Part shown: in pieces, positions 10,102 through 22,052 of the stretch
Layout of the letters: the number at the start of each line of letters is the position of its first letter
How positions within the stretch are numbered: position 1 is the stretch's first letter
Source: Tubulanus polymorphus
Taxonomy: Eukaryota > Animalia > Nemertea
Assembly (NCBI RefSeq): GCF_964204645.1
Contig: NC_134030.1
Location: 1,409,355-1,473,354 of the forward strand
Direction of reading: 5' to 3'
DNA: 64,000 bases
Translations under genes and position numbers: made by a program
Notes under the pieces: model-generated
The model's database searches: none
Told to the model about the DNA's origin: nothing
Seen by the model: only the letters and a program-made list of their open reading frames with translations

Positions 10102-13087
10102 ATGTCGGGAATAGACGTAAGTTATCGTAAACGCCTGTTTGAAGTCATCATTCTTGAGCTTGAAACCGAAATTTATATATATAGAATATTAAACCCTGCT
10201 TCTGCTACTGACAGGTAATGTCCGTCATACATTACTGCATCGTCAAATCTATACCAGGGTGCACCCAGGCAGATCGTTCGCATCATCACATGCAAAGGGC
10301 TGATTATTTTGGAACCCAGTTTTTATCAGCTGGAACATTCTGCACATTCGACCATATTGATTGATAGCCCGTTATAGACGAGTGGAGAAAACTGAAAAAC
10401 CAGTTCGGAAAAACTTCGATTGATTTCACTCACATTTACAGAAATTTGGTCCGACCCCAAAACCATTTACTTACACTATACAAATCAGATCAGGTTTTTA
10501 ACATTGTCTTTGATTGTATTTTCAGTTTTTACCGACAACGCCGCCGAGCGGTTCTTCTACGCCGGTAAGTGACAACTATTTTCTAATAAATCACGCTTAT
10601 TTCAATTTGTAATTTGAAAATAGAGGGTAGTAGCTGTTATGCATAGATTATGCTAATTAGGAATAAATTCAAATTCGATTAAGTCTCATCATCGTAGAAG
10701 TCATATATTAATGATGCTATCTCTACAGTTGTCATTTAAATTAAGTGTTATATTTACTACTTCATTTGCTTCATGACCCAAAAACCTCTACTATATAACT
10801 ACTGGTTTTGTTCTAATCTTGGAGAATTTGCTGCAAAATTTACTTATCATTTGTTAAACAGTTTTTATTGAAAACCTGAATCAGTGATACATGCATTCAT
10901 GAATATCCATCTAATATTTTGTTTTATTTTATCTTTACAGGATTTATCACCGATACAGCACGTGGACGTAAGAGATTAAACATTGATCTTGAATTTTAAG
11001 TTCAAACTAATTTATTTTTTATCTCACTCGGGACTATAGTTATTGCGTTCACTTTGCGTCCAGTTGTCTCGGGTAGTTTTTGATTTATCGTGTTGATAAT
11101 TGGTTTATATACTCAAACTCAAAATATCGGCGCAATTGGAATTAAGATGGCGCACTTGTATGTCCATTTTTTTCCCCGGCAAAATTAGCACTTTAGCAGA
11201 TTTTAAGGATCAATTCTGTTGTTATATTACATTGAAATCAGAGTTTAATATATATCGGTATAGAGCAGGTTTTTGCTCTAGTTATAAATAAAGTTATAAA
11301 TAATCTCATGACATGTTCTGTATATGTGTAGTGAGTTTCAATGTCTTTGGTTCCTTTTAAACCAGGGGGAGTTAAATTTGAAAATGTCAGATCGTCGAGC
11401 ATTTCAGACCGCTTCCAAAGTGGGTCCCTGCACCCCTAGTTATACCGTTAATATTTTAATAATATATTGATATACCATACATTGATATCGGTCTTGTAAT
11501 TGGATCAACAACCATGAGATCAAAACACAGCAAATATGAACCTGCTGTGAATCAATAGATTTGTGATAAATGTAATGAAATTGTTATTTTTCATATTGAC
11601 TTTTTGAGTTAAGGGTCTGTTGTATAAGAGTATTTGGTCTCGCGTGTCAATGTATGATATCAATCTGTATTTCCTCGTTCCAATGTTTAAAAGGTGTTCG
11701 TCACCTTATATTAATAAACTACTTTTACCGTTAGATGGCGCCATAAGTGTGATATTTGATTTATGGGATACCCGCAAAACCAGCTATTCCACCAGATGGC
11801 GCAACGAGTAGTAGGTCGTTCGTTGTCAAAATTAGTTCATTTTCGATGAACTTTGAACTGGTTTGAAGAAGAAATACTTTCATTCTTCTACTCTGATATC
11901 GATTTAGTTTTCATTAATAATTGATTCATTTAAGAGAACAATTCATTCAGATTTAATTGAAATGTACAAGAAAATCGAACGCAGACGACCAACTATTTAC
12001 TAGCGACACCTGGTGGATCCTCGCCTGCCATAAGTGGAATCCTCGATTGCCACAGTAAGACTGCGGGTATCCCATTGTTTGGCGTGTGAATTAAAGTAAA
12101 GTTAGAAAACGGATGTTTAACTTTGTTGTGAAACGAAAGCGTTTTGGAGATTTTTAAACCAATCAAATCAATATTTTGATATTACGCTTGAAACCCTTCC
12201 CACTCATATTCTACTTACTAAGTATATATTCTTGTTTCCGTGGAAATCATGGTGAGTGGCGCCATCTATACAGTGGAGTTAGCTTTATAAATCGAGCATG
12301 ATTCGACAAGTGGCTCCATCTATTCCCTAATACTGAAGCGAGGTAACCAGCAGCGCCCTCATATACAGGAAATGAACGCCTATCAAGTTTAACAATGCAC
12401 GGTGTATTGACCACAGCGACCGGTGATAATTATATCAATGTTGATTAGCTATTGCCATAGACAGGTCCGTAGCGTTTGACTGGACCAGAACGGGGCCCCC
12501 TAACCAAAACAAATTTTGAAAACGTGCCCAGATAAATTGCCTCTGGGAGATTGATTTAACGAGGTTTTGATTAAATGAACAAATTTTAATATTTGTAAGT
12601 TTAACATTTCTGTTTTTAATTTTTCTTTGCAAGGAACTGAATTTTCGAACCCCCCTGAACCGCCTCAAGCTACATTCCTGATATAGTGCTAGCTATACCT
12701 GAATACTTTTCTCTTATTGAAATTGTCTAAAAAACCAGCACCTTGAACTAATGAACGTCATAATGAAAATGTTTAAAAATTCAACCGTTAATGAATTTGA
12801 CTAATATATTTTTTTTATTTTCATTTCTAGCGTCAGTTTGCCTCACAGGCAAGGTCGCCGTCGCTTAATGTAAGTATCAGTGACGCCCTCAATCTCACAT
12901 GCCTCACTTCCCTCCTAATGTAACCATTTTTATGAAATTCCTCAAGAAAATATATACTAGTAATCTTAGAATACACGTTTTTGTACCCAGACCCCTTCAT
13001 TCTACTGAACTACCGTGTAATAAGTGCCTGTTGTGTTCATTTTCTGTTGCATTGATTTATATATTATTTCTATTTACAGTTGTCAAA

Positions 13088-13118
<31 letters not shown>

Positions 13119-16100
13119 GCACCCCTCCCGCTGGAGACGCCTCCCGACTTGCAAGCAAGAAGTAAGTTCAGTCTTCAAATACAATTTCAATGCATTCAAT
13201 TTTGTGTATGGCGTTAAAACGGTTAAAGTTGTGACTAGTTTTCATAACTCCGTGACGTCATATTTCCATCGAGTACCGGACCCTTTCCTATGTTTTTTGC
13301 CAATTTGGATTGAATGATCGCCAGCGGTTTTTCTATACGACCCGGCTCTGCTGTATTGCATTTAGCCATCCTTTTTCTTGGCGTTTTTTATAAGAAGGTG
13401 TTTGATTTTGTCTCTAAGGGATTTAGGAATTTAAGAGACACTTGTACTCTCTATACAGTGAGTTTGTTCTGTTTTTGTTCCCTCGTGAATTTTATTTTTG
13501 TTTGGTATAATTTGATTTATCATAATCAAATCAAATCAGTGCATATTTCTTGAATTGCGTGTAAGTTATAATGTTATCAAATATCTGTTATATTTAAACC
13601 GAATATTTAATTGTTGTATTTTGAATGCGATAATGCCGCTCCCTGCTAAAGTCCAGCGTCGTCATCGTGAGGGATGCGGTCATCTGTTCGGGCCCTGATT
13701 ACGTTCTGTGTTCATCCTGTTGGGCTACATCGGGCGTTATATGAGTTAATCCTTCCTCGACTTGCGGATTGTGGTTGGAAGATCTATGGGTTCGGGCCGA
13801 TAAGTCCCGGAAATAGAAAGTACAGTTTCTGCCGATGTGCCCATTGATGTCTCTATTTCAGAACATCACAGCGGTCGCCGGCTGTACAAGCACGGTCGGC
13901 TTCCCAACTCCATTCTCTGAGGAGGATCGCTTGTTCTCTAGTAACGGTCAGTCACCAGTCAATCAACGGTTCAGCTGGTTCAGTTTCCCAGGTATCGGCG
14001 CGCGACAGTTGGGATACCTGCACAGGAACTCAGGTCAGGTCCGGGCTACTCCGAGCACCGGTCCGGTCCAGGCATCACCGGATACTGAACATCCTGTCCG
14101 GTAGCTTCGAGAACTGGTCCGGTCCAGGCATCACAGGGTACTGAACATCTGGTCTGGTCAGCTTCGAGAACCGGTCCAGGCATCACCGGATACTGAACAT
14201 CTGGTCCGGTCAGCTTCGAGAACTGGTCCGGTCCAGGCATCACCGGGTAATAAACATCCGGTCCGGTCCGGGTGGCTTCGAGCACCGGTCCGGTCCAGGC
14301 ATCACCGGGTACTGAACATCTGGTCCGGGAGCTTCGAGAACTGGTCCGGTCCAGGCATCACTGGGTACTGAACATAGAGTCCGGTCCGGTCCAGGCATCA
14401 CTGGGTACTGAACATCCAGTCTGGTCCGGTCCAGGCATCACCGGGTACTGAACATCCAGTCTGGTCCGGTCCAGGCATCACCGGGTACTGAACATCCAGT
14501 CCGGTCCGGTCCAGGCATCACCGGATACTGAACATCCGGTCCGGTAGCTTCGACAACTGGTCCGGTCCAGGCATCACCGGGTACTGAACATCCAGTCCGG
14601 TCCGGTCCAGGCATCACCGGGTACTGAACATCCAGTCTGGTCCGGTCCAGGCATCACTGGGTACTGAACATCCAGTCCGGTCCGGTCCAGGTATCACCGG
14701 GTTCTGATCATCCAGTCCGGTTCGGTCCAGGCATCACCGGGTACTGAACATCCAGTCCAGTCCGGTCCAGGCATCACCGGGTACTGAACATCCAGTCCGG
14801 TCCGGTCCAGGCATCACCGGGTTCTGATCATCCTGTCCGGTCAGCTCCGTGCACCGGTCCGGTCCAGGCATCACTGGGTACTGAACATCCAGTCCGGTCC
14901 AGTCCAGGCATCACCGGGTACTGAACAGGGTTCGTCGCGGTGCTTGAAAAGCTTGAAATGGCTTGAATTTGAAAAATACTACTCAAGCGCTTGAAAACAG
15001 CTTGAAAATAGATCGAAAGCTTGAAATAATTATTTTTGACTTGAAATAAAAAGTTATGGCTTGAAATGCTTGATTATCACAAATTTTCTTCTTCGCGAAT
15101 TTTTTTCGATGAAATCGCAGACAGAATAGGTTCTTGAGTTGTTTCTACGCGTGCGTCATGTTTTAGGCATCAATAAAGAAATTAATTGAATTGTATTGAA
15201 TCGCTATGAGACTCTTGTGGTGAAACTCTACGGTGTCTGGAGACATGAACATACGGGGAAATTTCAGTCATGCATGTTATCGAGCATTGATGTAAAATGG
15301 CATTGAAATCCCACACCAGGAGTGAGAGCCATGTTGAAGGCACCGCGACCTAGTCAAAGTCATTGAACATTACAAATTTCGTATTAGGCCATCCAAAAAT
15401 CAAGGTCTGTTTGCCGTCATCCGACCGACCCGACTTCAAAGGTACCCAGTGGAAACTTTTTTCTTGGATTCATTGAAATAAATTGTATTTTTGATACAAA
15501 TGGCCGACCCACTGCCGATGTATGAGCTATGTATGTTTGAAGTTAAGTGTGCATCATGTGAAAACATGCCTCGACTATTTAGTTGAAGTTTTCCAGGAAA
15601 CTGGCAGTGTTCCAATAAGCTGCCATTCATTCTAAAGCTGGTAATGTTATAGCGTGCATATATTCAATCTACTGTTTCATTTTGAACGCAGATTTCGGAT
15701 GTTGTTTCCGCTAAAAGTGGTGATGATAAATTTGTTGTTTTTTTTGCCCCAAAATTTTGCAAAAAAAAAATGATGCTACCTTCCTACTGACTTATCCCAA
15801 AAATAGTAGGTGTGACGGCAAAACAGACAATTAATTTGGGATGGCCAAATATCCAAATCTTGATTGATATGAATATTTAAGCTAGGAAATGCTGAAAATC
15901 ATTTTGATGAACAGGTTTCATCTCTAACAGAATCGTATCAACTCGGAGGTTCCACTGGAATCAAAATTTTACCTCTTTTTTAACATTTTTATACGAACCT
16001 GTTCAAAATAGGCAAATTGGCTGTTTCGAATTTAAAACATAGTTATCATGGGTCTAGGTTTGGTAGAGGGCGCTCTTCTACCAGATGCGGGAGCGAGGTC

Positions 16101-19100
16101 ACCTTCACGGAGATCGAGATCGAAGGATTATGATTGATTCTGTAGGAACCATCATCATTCATCAGTTCAGGTCGAGGGACCGTTTAGGAAGTTCACGTCT
16201 TTCACGTCGAGGGACCATTTAGGAAGTTCACGTCTTTCACGTCGAGGGACCGTTTAGGAAGTTCACGTCTTTCACGTCGAGGGACTGTTTAGGAAGTTCA
16301 TGTCTTTCACGTCGAGGGACCGTTTAGGAAGTTCACGTCTTTCACGTCGAGGGACCGTTAAGGAAGTCGTCACAATAATCAGGATTTCCGCGATTTCGAA
16401 AGTCAGATTTTAAACTTGTTATTGTCATTGTAAGCTACCGCAGTTACAGGTAAGCCTATTCTTGATTGCCCGAGACAGGCGTGCAGATATTGTTCCCGAC
16501 TTAAGTTTTTGGTTGATTTTCTTGTGACTTGTTTGTTTTAGGGGTGAGATGGATGAGCCTTATCGTTTTTTGACATATATAGGTCATCCAAGATGGCCGC
16601 CACAGCCATTTCAATGTGTGAAATAGCCATTTTGAAGCTGGTTACCGCTCTACGGACTTAAGTTTTAAGCTTAAGACTTAAGATGGCCACCACAGTTATA
16701 TCAATGTGTTAAATCTTATCCGATTTGGAGCTTGTTACTGCTCTAAGATGTAGAGGTTTAGAGGTTTATAATTTCATTCATACTTGTACTGTGGTTTATT
16801 TATGGTGGTCAGAGGATGAGCCCTATTACAATTTGCATTCTCTACTTGACTCACTGGTCAAGGGTTAATATCTAGTTTGATAAATGTGGAGCATGTCGGT
16901 GAATCACCCCCCCCCCCCGGACTCTGATCTCAATGTCTGATGTCAATCGTCAGCAGTTTCAATGGAATGGGCTCGATTAGGTGTGGAACCAGTGGAATCC
17001 TCGATTGCCACAGTCGAACCTAGAGTATTAAGAGCTCAATTAGGTTCTTCTTTGCGTATCTTCTCCGGTTGGAGTGCTCCAGTTTCCACCGAATGGAGGA
17101 AGATTAGAGATGTGCAGATTCAAGTCCACCATGCGGACTCCGGCTCCGGCAGCTCAAGGTTCAGCTCCGGCTCCGGCAGCTCAAGGTTCAGCTCCGGCTC
17201 CGGCAGCTCAAGGTTCAGCTCCGGCTCCGGCAGCTCAAGGTTCAGCCCAACTCACACAATGCCATCTCAAGCATCTACTAATGCTGGTTGGAGAACAAGT
17301 GCACAGCTCCAACATTCTCGTGCCCCTTCTGGTCAGAATAATTCTAGTTCATATCGGGGAATGCTTTTAAAAGGAGCTCTTCCTCTCGGAGAAACTCAAA
17401 ATGAATGCTCGGGGCCAGTGAGAGGTTGTCTATAACGAGCAGCCACCTACTGATCCGGCGTTCCCGGGTCGTATCACGGCGGCTACTGTCTTCAATTCTG
17501 AACACCTCCCGACATGCGCCCGAAAGCAGGTCACGAGACACTAATCTCGTCAGCTCTCAAAGATCTGGCCAAAAAGAGAGCAATAGAACCAGTACGGGAC
17601 GAAGCCACATCCGGCTGGTTTTCATGAATATTTATGCTCCTGAAAACCACAGGGCGTCGATGGACTGTCATTCCTCGAGTGGCACCTGGATATCCCGAGG
17701 CTTCCGATGACTAAAACAGGGAGGTAATTCAAGGTCTCCGCCGAGGTTAATGGGCGGCTTCATTGGACCTGAAAGATGTCAGGTTCCTATTCACCCGAAA
17801 TCTCATCAATTTTACAGAATGAAGTGGAAACTCCGCCAGTTCCAGTTCAGGTCTCTTCCAGTCGGCCTCAGTACAGCCCACGCCCTGGGTATTTACCAGC
17901 TTGGGTCAAGTCCAGAAGGTACACTACACTCCAGGGCTGGGTTTCATAGATATGGAAGAAAAATAATTCCAGGGATCATTTTGAAATTTGTCAGTTAAAA
18001 CCATGGTTTCTCATTGTTAGTATGGTGGTTGTTACCCAGATTGAGGATTTATCCCTTTGGATAACTTTGATACTCAGTCTATGAAACCGGGTCCTGGAGT
18101 ATTTGTCTGTTGGTTTACCTCGACGACTGGTTACTAGTACCAAACTCGACTATAGAATGTCAGGAGGCGGTGACCGCTGTCGACCGCTGTCGTAGACTTA
18201 GTTCACCAGTTCCGCGTAAACTAAGTAAAATCTCACTTGATGCCGTCCCAACAGTTCACATCTCCGGATCAGCACGGTCTTTCCGTCCATGGCTCGAGTA
18301 GCCAAACTTCAAGAAGCGTAGTTACCACAAACGAGAGGACAGCTAGTTATCGGTGACGCCTGTGGCTAAATGCAATACCGCAGTGCCAGGGATCGTATCT
18401 CTGGCTATCTACACATTCAGAGAATATTAACTAAAACCATAGGAAAGGGTCAAGCACTACTCCGAAAAAAAACTAATTTTATTTCCAAAAAATTACGATA
18501 TTATATGGATTGCATGCTGTGTGGAAGAAGTTTTCAAAATTATTTAGGAGCTTATTATAATTTGAATGCATGAATTGAGAGCAATTTGAAATGTGTTGAT
18601 ATCCGAAAGTGTTTCCATTGACTTCACTCATTCACCTGATGAAGCTTCTATACATTAGTACCCAAAGCTTGTGTGTCAAATAAACTAGTTACACGTCCTA
18701 TAAAGTACTACTTGTCTCGTTATATATTCTAAACCCCAGTTAACAATTCCAGTAAGTCAGGTTTAGGGAATAGATATTTAAACCTTCAGATGATACCGAT
18801 GTGATACAATTCCAGTAAGTCAGGTTTAGGGAATAGATATTTAAACCTTCAGATGATACCGATGTGATACAATTCCAGTAAGTCAGGTTTAGGGAATAGA
18901 TATTTAAACCTTGAGATGAAACCGATGTGATACAATTCCAGTAAGTCAGGTTTAGGGAATAGATATTTAAACCTTCAGATGAAACCGATGTGATACAATT
19001 CCAGTAAGTCAGGTTTAGGGAATAGATATTTAAACCTTGAGATGAAACCGATGTAATACAATTCCAGTAAGTCAGGTTTAGGGAATAGATATTTAAACCT

Positions 19101-22052
19101 TGAGATGATACCGATGTGATACAATTCCAGTAAGTCAGGTTTAGGGAATAGATATTTAAACCCTCAGATGATACCGATGTGATACAATTCCAGTAAGTCA
19201 GGTTTAGGGAATAGATATTTAAACCTTCAGATGATACCGATGTGATACAATTCCAGTAAGTCAGGTTTAGGGAATAGATATTTAAACCTTCAGATGAAAC
19301 CGATGTGATACAATTCCAGTAAGTCAGGTTTAGGGAATAGATATTTAAACCTTCAGATGATACCGATGTGATACAATTCCAGTAAGTCAGGTTTAGGGAA
19401 TAGATATTTAAACCTTGAGATGAAACCGATGTGATACAATTCCAGTAAGTCAGGTTTAGGGAATAGATATTTAAACCTTCAGATGATACTGATGAATTTA
19501 GCAATTTTGAATGAATTAAACCAATATGAGATTTCGATCCTAAGAATATTGGAAGCTTGTGTTTAACGTTACTAAATAGTAATATTATATAAAGCTAGAA
19601 GGACACGAGCGTATCCATTTTTTTGCCCGATCGCAACAATTAAATTCGCCGGTGAATTTATACGCCCGATACGAGCGGGTACCGATCTATCTATAAATCG
19701 GCCGTCACGGTGATTTCGTCGCCCGCCGACATTAAACATGTTCGATATTTACGCCGGTGTTCAGGTCACTTGTTAATTCGCTCGTCTTGTCGGCAAGCTT
19801 AAAAAGATTTAGAAAAAACTACAAATTCTCATTCCTGAATGAACTGGATTCATCTGGGTTCAGTTTCATGAGACACAGTTCAAACTGCTCTAGAATTTGA
19901 GTTTGTAATTAATGTATGTGATTATAATGAATTGTAATTTTTGTTTTACAGCTTTGGCATTTCGGTTAAGTCGTGCGTTCCGGCGGGAGGAGTTTGTACG
20001 TTTGTTTCTCCCGGAGTGTAAGTAGTTTAACTATTTTCATACAATATCATTTAGTGTGACGTATGTCACTGATAATCAAAATCTAATAATAACTGTTGAT
20101 CCGTAGTATTAACATTGTGCAATTGAAATCCTATAGTTGTTTTTAGAAAGGATAAATGGCGCCATCAATGTGACAATCGATTGTAAAGTTTAAGAAATGA
20201 ATGTTTAACCTCGCCGAGTACCAGAATTCTTAACCGTAGCATCGAAACCATTCGACTTGTTGTTTAATGTATTTCTCTCTATTTTTATTTTACAGTGATG
20301 ATCATTTTACAAGACTGCCCGTTTGGGGACTTGGTGGGGGAATTCAAAAGAAACTTGGTTCCCGATAGGATACCACCACCGGTTAATCCTATGTCGCCCG
20401 CTGCTGCCCCTCCCCAAAATCCGATAAATTCGCCTCAGCAGCGGCCTGTCAGACAGCCGCCCCCGGCCGCCACTCGTTCGTCAGACAGAGTCCGGGGACG
20501 GCTGTTTGAAGGAGATCTGACGGAGGTAAGAATCTTTATTTGTTTTCATATTTTATTCAGGATATCAGTTGAAGTTCAGCAAATAAATTACCAGACCTGT
20601 AAACAGAAGAGTAGTTATAAATTTCCATTTGCGGGTAAAACCCCATAGTCGAAAACCTTCGGTTATTGATCTATATCTGCTTAAGACCAATGGTTGTACA
20701 CACGAGTGCGAAAACTTATCGCTCAAACTTTGATTGTATCCATGGTAACGCGTACAGTATACTATGCGTGACTTACCGTTTCCTATCACTGGAATACAAT
20801 ACTGTTTTAGACCATGAGCGCCATCTGCGGCGGTCATAACGGACTGAGTGGTGATTGGCTGAAATGCTCGTCTACCGTGGTGACGATTATTCGGTGTTAC
20901 ACGTGCAGCAGACACGTCTCTGAATATCTAACATTTGATTGTTGTAACTCATCGGGAAAAATATGTTTATGAGTCGATTTTTTGTCGAAATTTTGTTCGG
21001 CAGAAAATTGGCTGCGTACGTCAAGAAGGCGGCTGATATTTGTATCGTGTGACCCCTCGTCCCGGTAATATGCCGACCCACGTACACCTGAGACCAGTTG
21101 CATAGTCAGAGCTTAGAATTAAGACCGTTCTAAGACCAACTTAGTTCTATAGCCAATCTAATAACTTGAGACCAGTCTTTAGATTTAAGACCACTTTTGG
21201 ACTTAAGTCTTGACCATGGAATCGGCCCCAGATGCTTATTCCGCTGTATTGGATGCTGACGTGCTCGTGTCTTCCAGCAATGTTGTTATTCACCAAAAAT
21301 ATCATGTTTTCTTCGAATAACACGATTCATCTGAGTCTGGGTTTAACGGATGACACGTTCAAACAGAACTACGAAATCAATATCAGAAGTCCTTTTATAT
21401 TGAAACGGTCCCAGAAGTCCCTGTTATAATGGGTACTTTTTCAAAAAAAGTAACGAGAACTCCGATGGCTTTCCGTATCGGTAAAAACTAACTATTTCTA
21501 TGAGCGTCACTCGTAGATTTACCGAAACGCCACCTTGTGACACGATATCCTAACTACGTATAGGTGTTTTATTTGCTGAATCGCTGGTTTCTCATTCTCA
21601 TTTTTTATACTTGTGTTTAATTTTTTACTAAACAAATTTTTCACTTTTTCTCTTTACAGACACGACCACCGCCAAAAAAAACTAGAACAAAAAGGAAAAG
21701 AAAAGTTGCGGTCGTCGTGGCTCCGCAGGGAGGAGGAGCAAGAGTGGTCCCGGCGGATGGTGCGGCTGACGAAGGTAATCGGGAGGAAGGGGAGGGGATA
21801 AATAGGAAGCGGCCGAGGAGGGATGGTGGTGGGGCTGGGGATGGTGCGGGTCCTGCTCCTCCTGCTCCTCCATCCGTATCTCGGGCGGTCACTCGTTCAC
21901 TCGCCAAAAAGCTGGCGAGTGAACGAGTGGCCCGAGAGGTAGAGGTGGTGGCCCGACATACGGATGGAATGTGGGAGGAGCGGCTTCGTTCGGGGACAAT
22001 TCCGGATTTGTTAACTGATTTAAAAAATATTCTTTCAGTGAAGGGATATTAG
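10102..22052 (+). CDS. Spliced orphan gene, 8 coding exons, 296 aa; basic, Pro/Ser-rich, low-complexity protein with NLS-like KKTRTKRKRK
   Basis: join(10102-10116,10526-10564,10941-10967,12831-12869,13080-13161,19952-20017,20296-20525,21660-22052) = 891 nt. All donors GTAAG(T/A), all acceptors pyrimidine tract+YAG, phases 0,0,0,0,1,1,0, no internal stop: MSGIDFLPTTPPSGSSTPDLSPIQHVDRQFASQARSPSLNLSNNSSS...LAFRLSRAFRREEFVRLFLPELMIILQDCPFG...RLRSGTIPDLLTDLKNILSVKGY. Five synonymous A/B differences in exons 1-2 support the frame. The start codon and the exon-5 frame are less certain. Confidence 0.75.
11763..12075. mobile_element. MITE-like element in intron 3 (unit B copy 42987-43299)
   Basis: 14-bp perfect TIR atgggatacccgca / tgcgggtatcccat, plus degenerate subterminal inverted similarity. 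Confidence 0.7.
14053..14925 (+). repeat. 40-bp (with ~57-bp variants) GC-rich tandem array (unit B: 45270-46214, resuming 47423-47560)
   Basis: Unit ccggtccggtccaggcatcaccgggtactgaacatccagt. Confidence 0.95.
14926..16023. mobile_element. Same DNA transposon in unit A, right end deleted
   Basis: Left end CAGGGTTC at 14926. The 256 bp corresponding to 47315-47570 are missing at 16023/16024 (TG microhomology). Confidence 0.8.
15387..15846. mobile_element. Nested MITE (unit B copy 46676-47137)
   Basis: Imperfect ~33-bp TIR ggccatccaaaaat...gtctgtttgccgtca / tgacggcaaaacagac...atttgggatggcc. Confidence 0.75.
16171..16367 (+). repeat. 35-bp tandem repeat, ~5.6 copies (unit B 47718-47984, ~7.6 copies)
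   Basis: Unit gtcgagggaccgtttaggaagttcacgtctttcac. Confidence 0.95.
17139..17246 (+). repeat. 27-bp tandem repeat, 4 copies (single copy in unit B)
   Basis: Unit tccggctccggcagctcaaggttcagc. Confidence 0.95.
17562..18270 (+). pseudogene. DIRS-type reverse transcriptase remnant with stops and frameshifts
   Basis: In order across frames: LAKKRAIEPV, GWFS*IFMLLKTTGRRWTVI, WAASLDLKD, VPIHPKSHQF...QFQFRSLPVGLSTA, VYLDDWLLV, FRVN*VKSHLMPSQ. YLDDWL is typical of DIRS1-group RTs. Confidence 0.85.
18630..18720 (+). mobile_element. Possible Penelope-like pseudo-LTR fragment with degenerate minimal hammerhead (unit B ~50340-50430)
   Basis: cac-CTGATGA...cAAAGCTT-gtg...AATAAA arrangement; the catalytic GAAA reads CAAA. 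Confidence 0.4.
18743..19493 (+). repeat. 63-bp tandem array, ~12 copies
   Basis: Unit acaattccagtaagtcaggtttagggaatagatatttaaaccttcagatgataccgatgtgat. Confidence 0.97.
21091..21228. mobile_element. Degenerate Harbinger-like MITE in intron 7
   Basis: ctg|agaccagttgcatagtc ... gaccatggaatcggccc|cag imperfect TIR with internal taagacc repeats. Confidence 0.45.

Larger units (their letters stand above)
13633..18300 (+). mobile_element. Decayed DIRS1-like retrotransposon in intron 5
   Basis: Broken Cys-rich gag-like N-terminus from 13633 (GCGH...LCSSCW...TCGLW.EDLW), a repeat-rich middle, then RT remnants. No tyrosine recombinase seen; boundaries approximate. Confidence 0.7.

Noticed and set aside
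16962-17435. 157-aa ORF with SGSGSSRFS repeats
   Set aside because: Lies in the decayed DIRS gag region, is inflated by a 27-bp repeat, and is broken in unit B.
18740-19504. 254-aa minus-strand ORF (SVSSEGLNIYSLNLTYWNCIT)n and its copy at 50451-50900
   Set aside because: A by-product of a stop-free 63-bp repeat; non-ATG start and no unique coding flanks.
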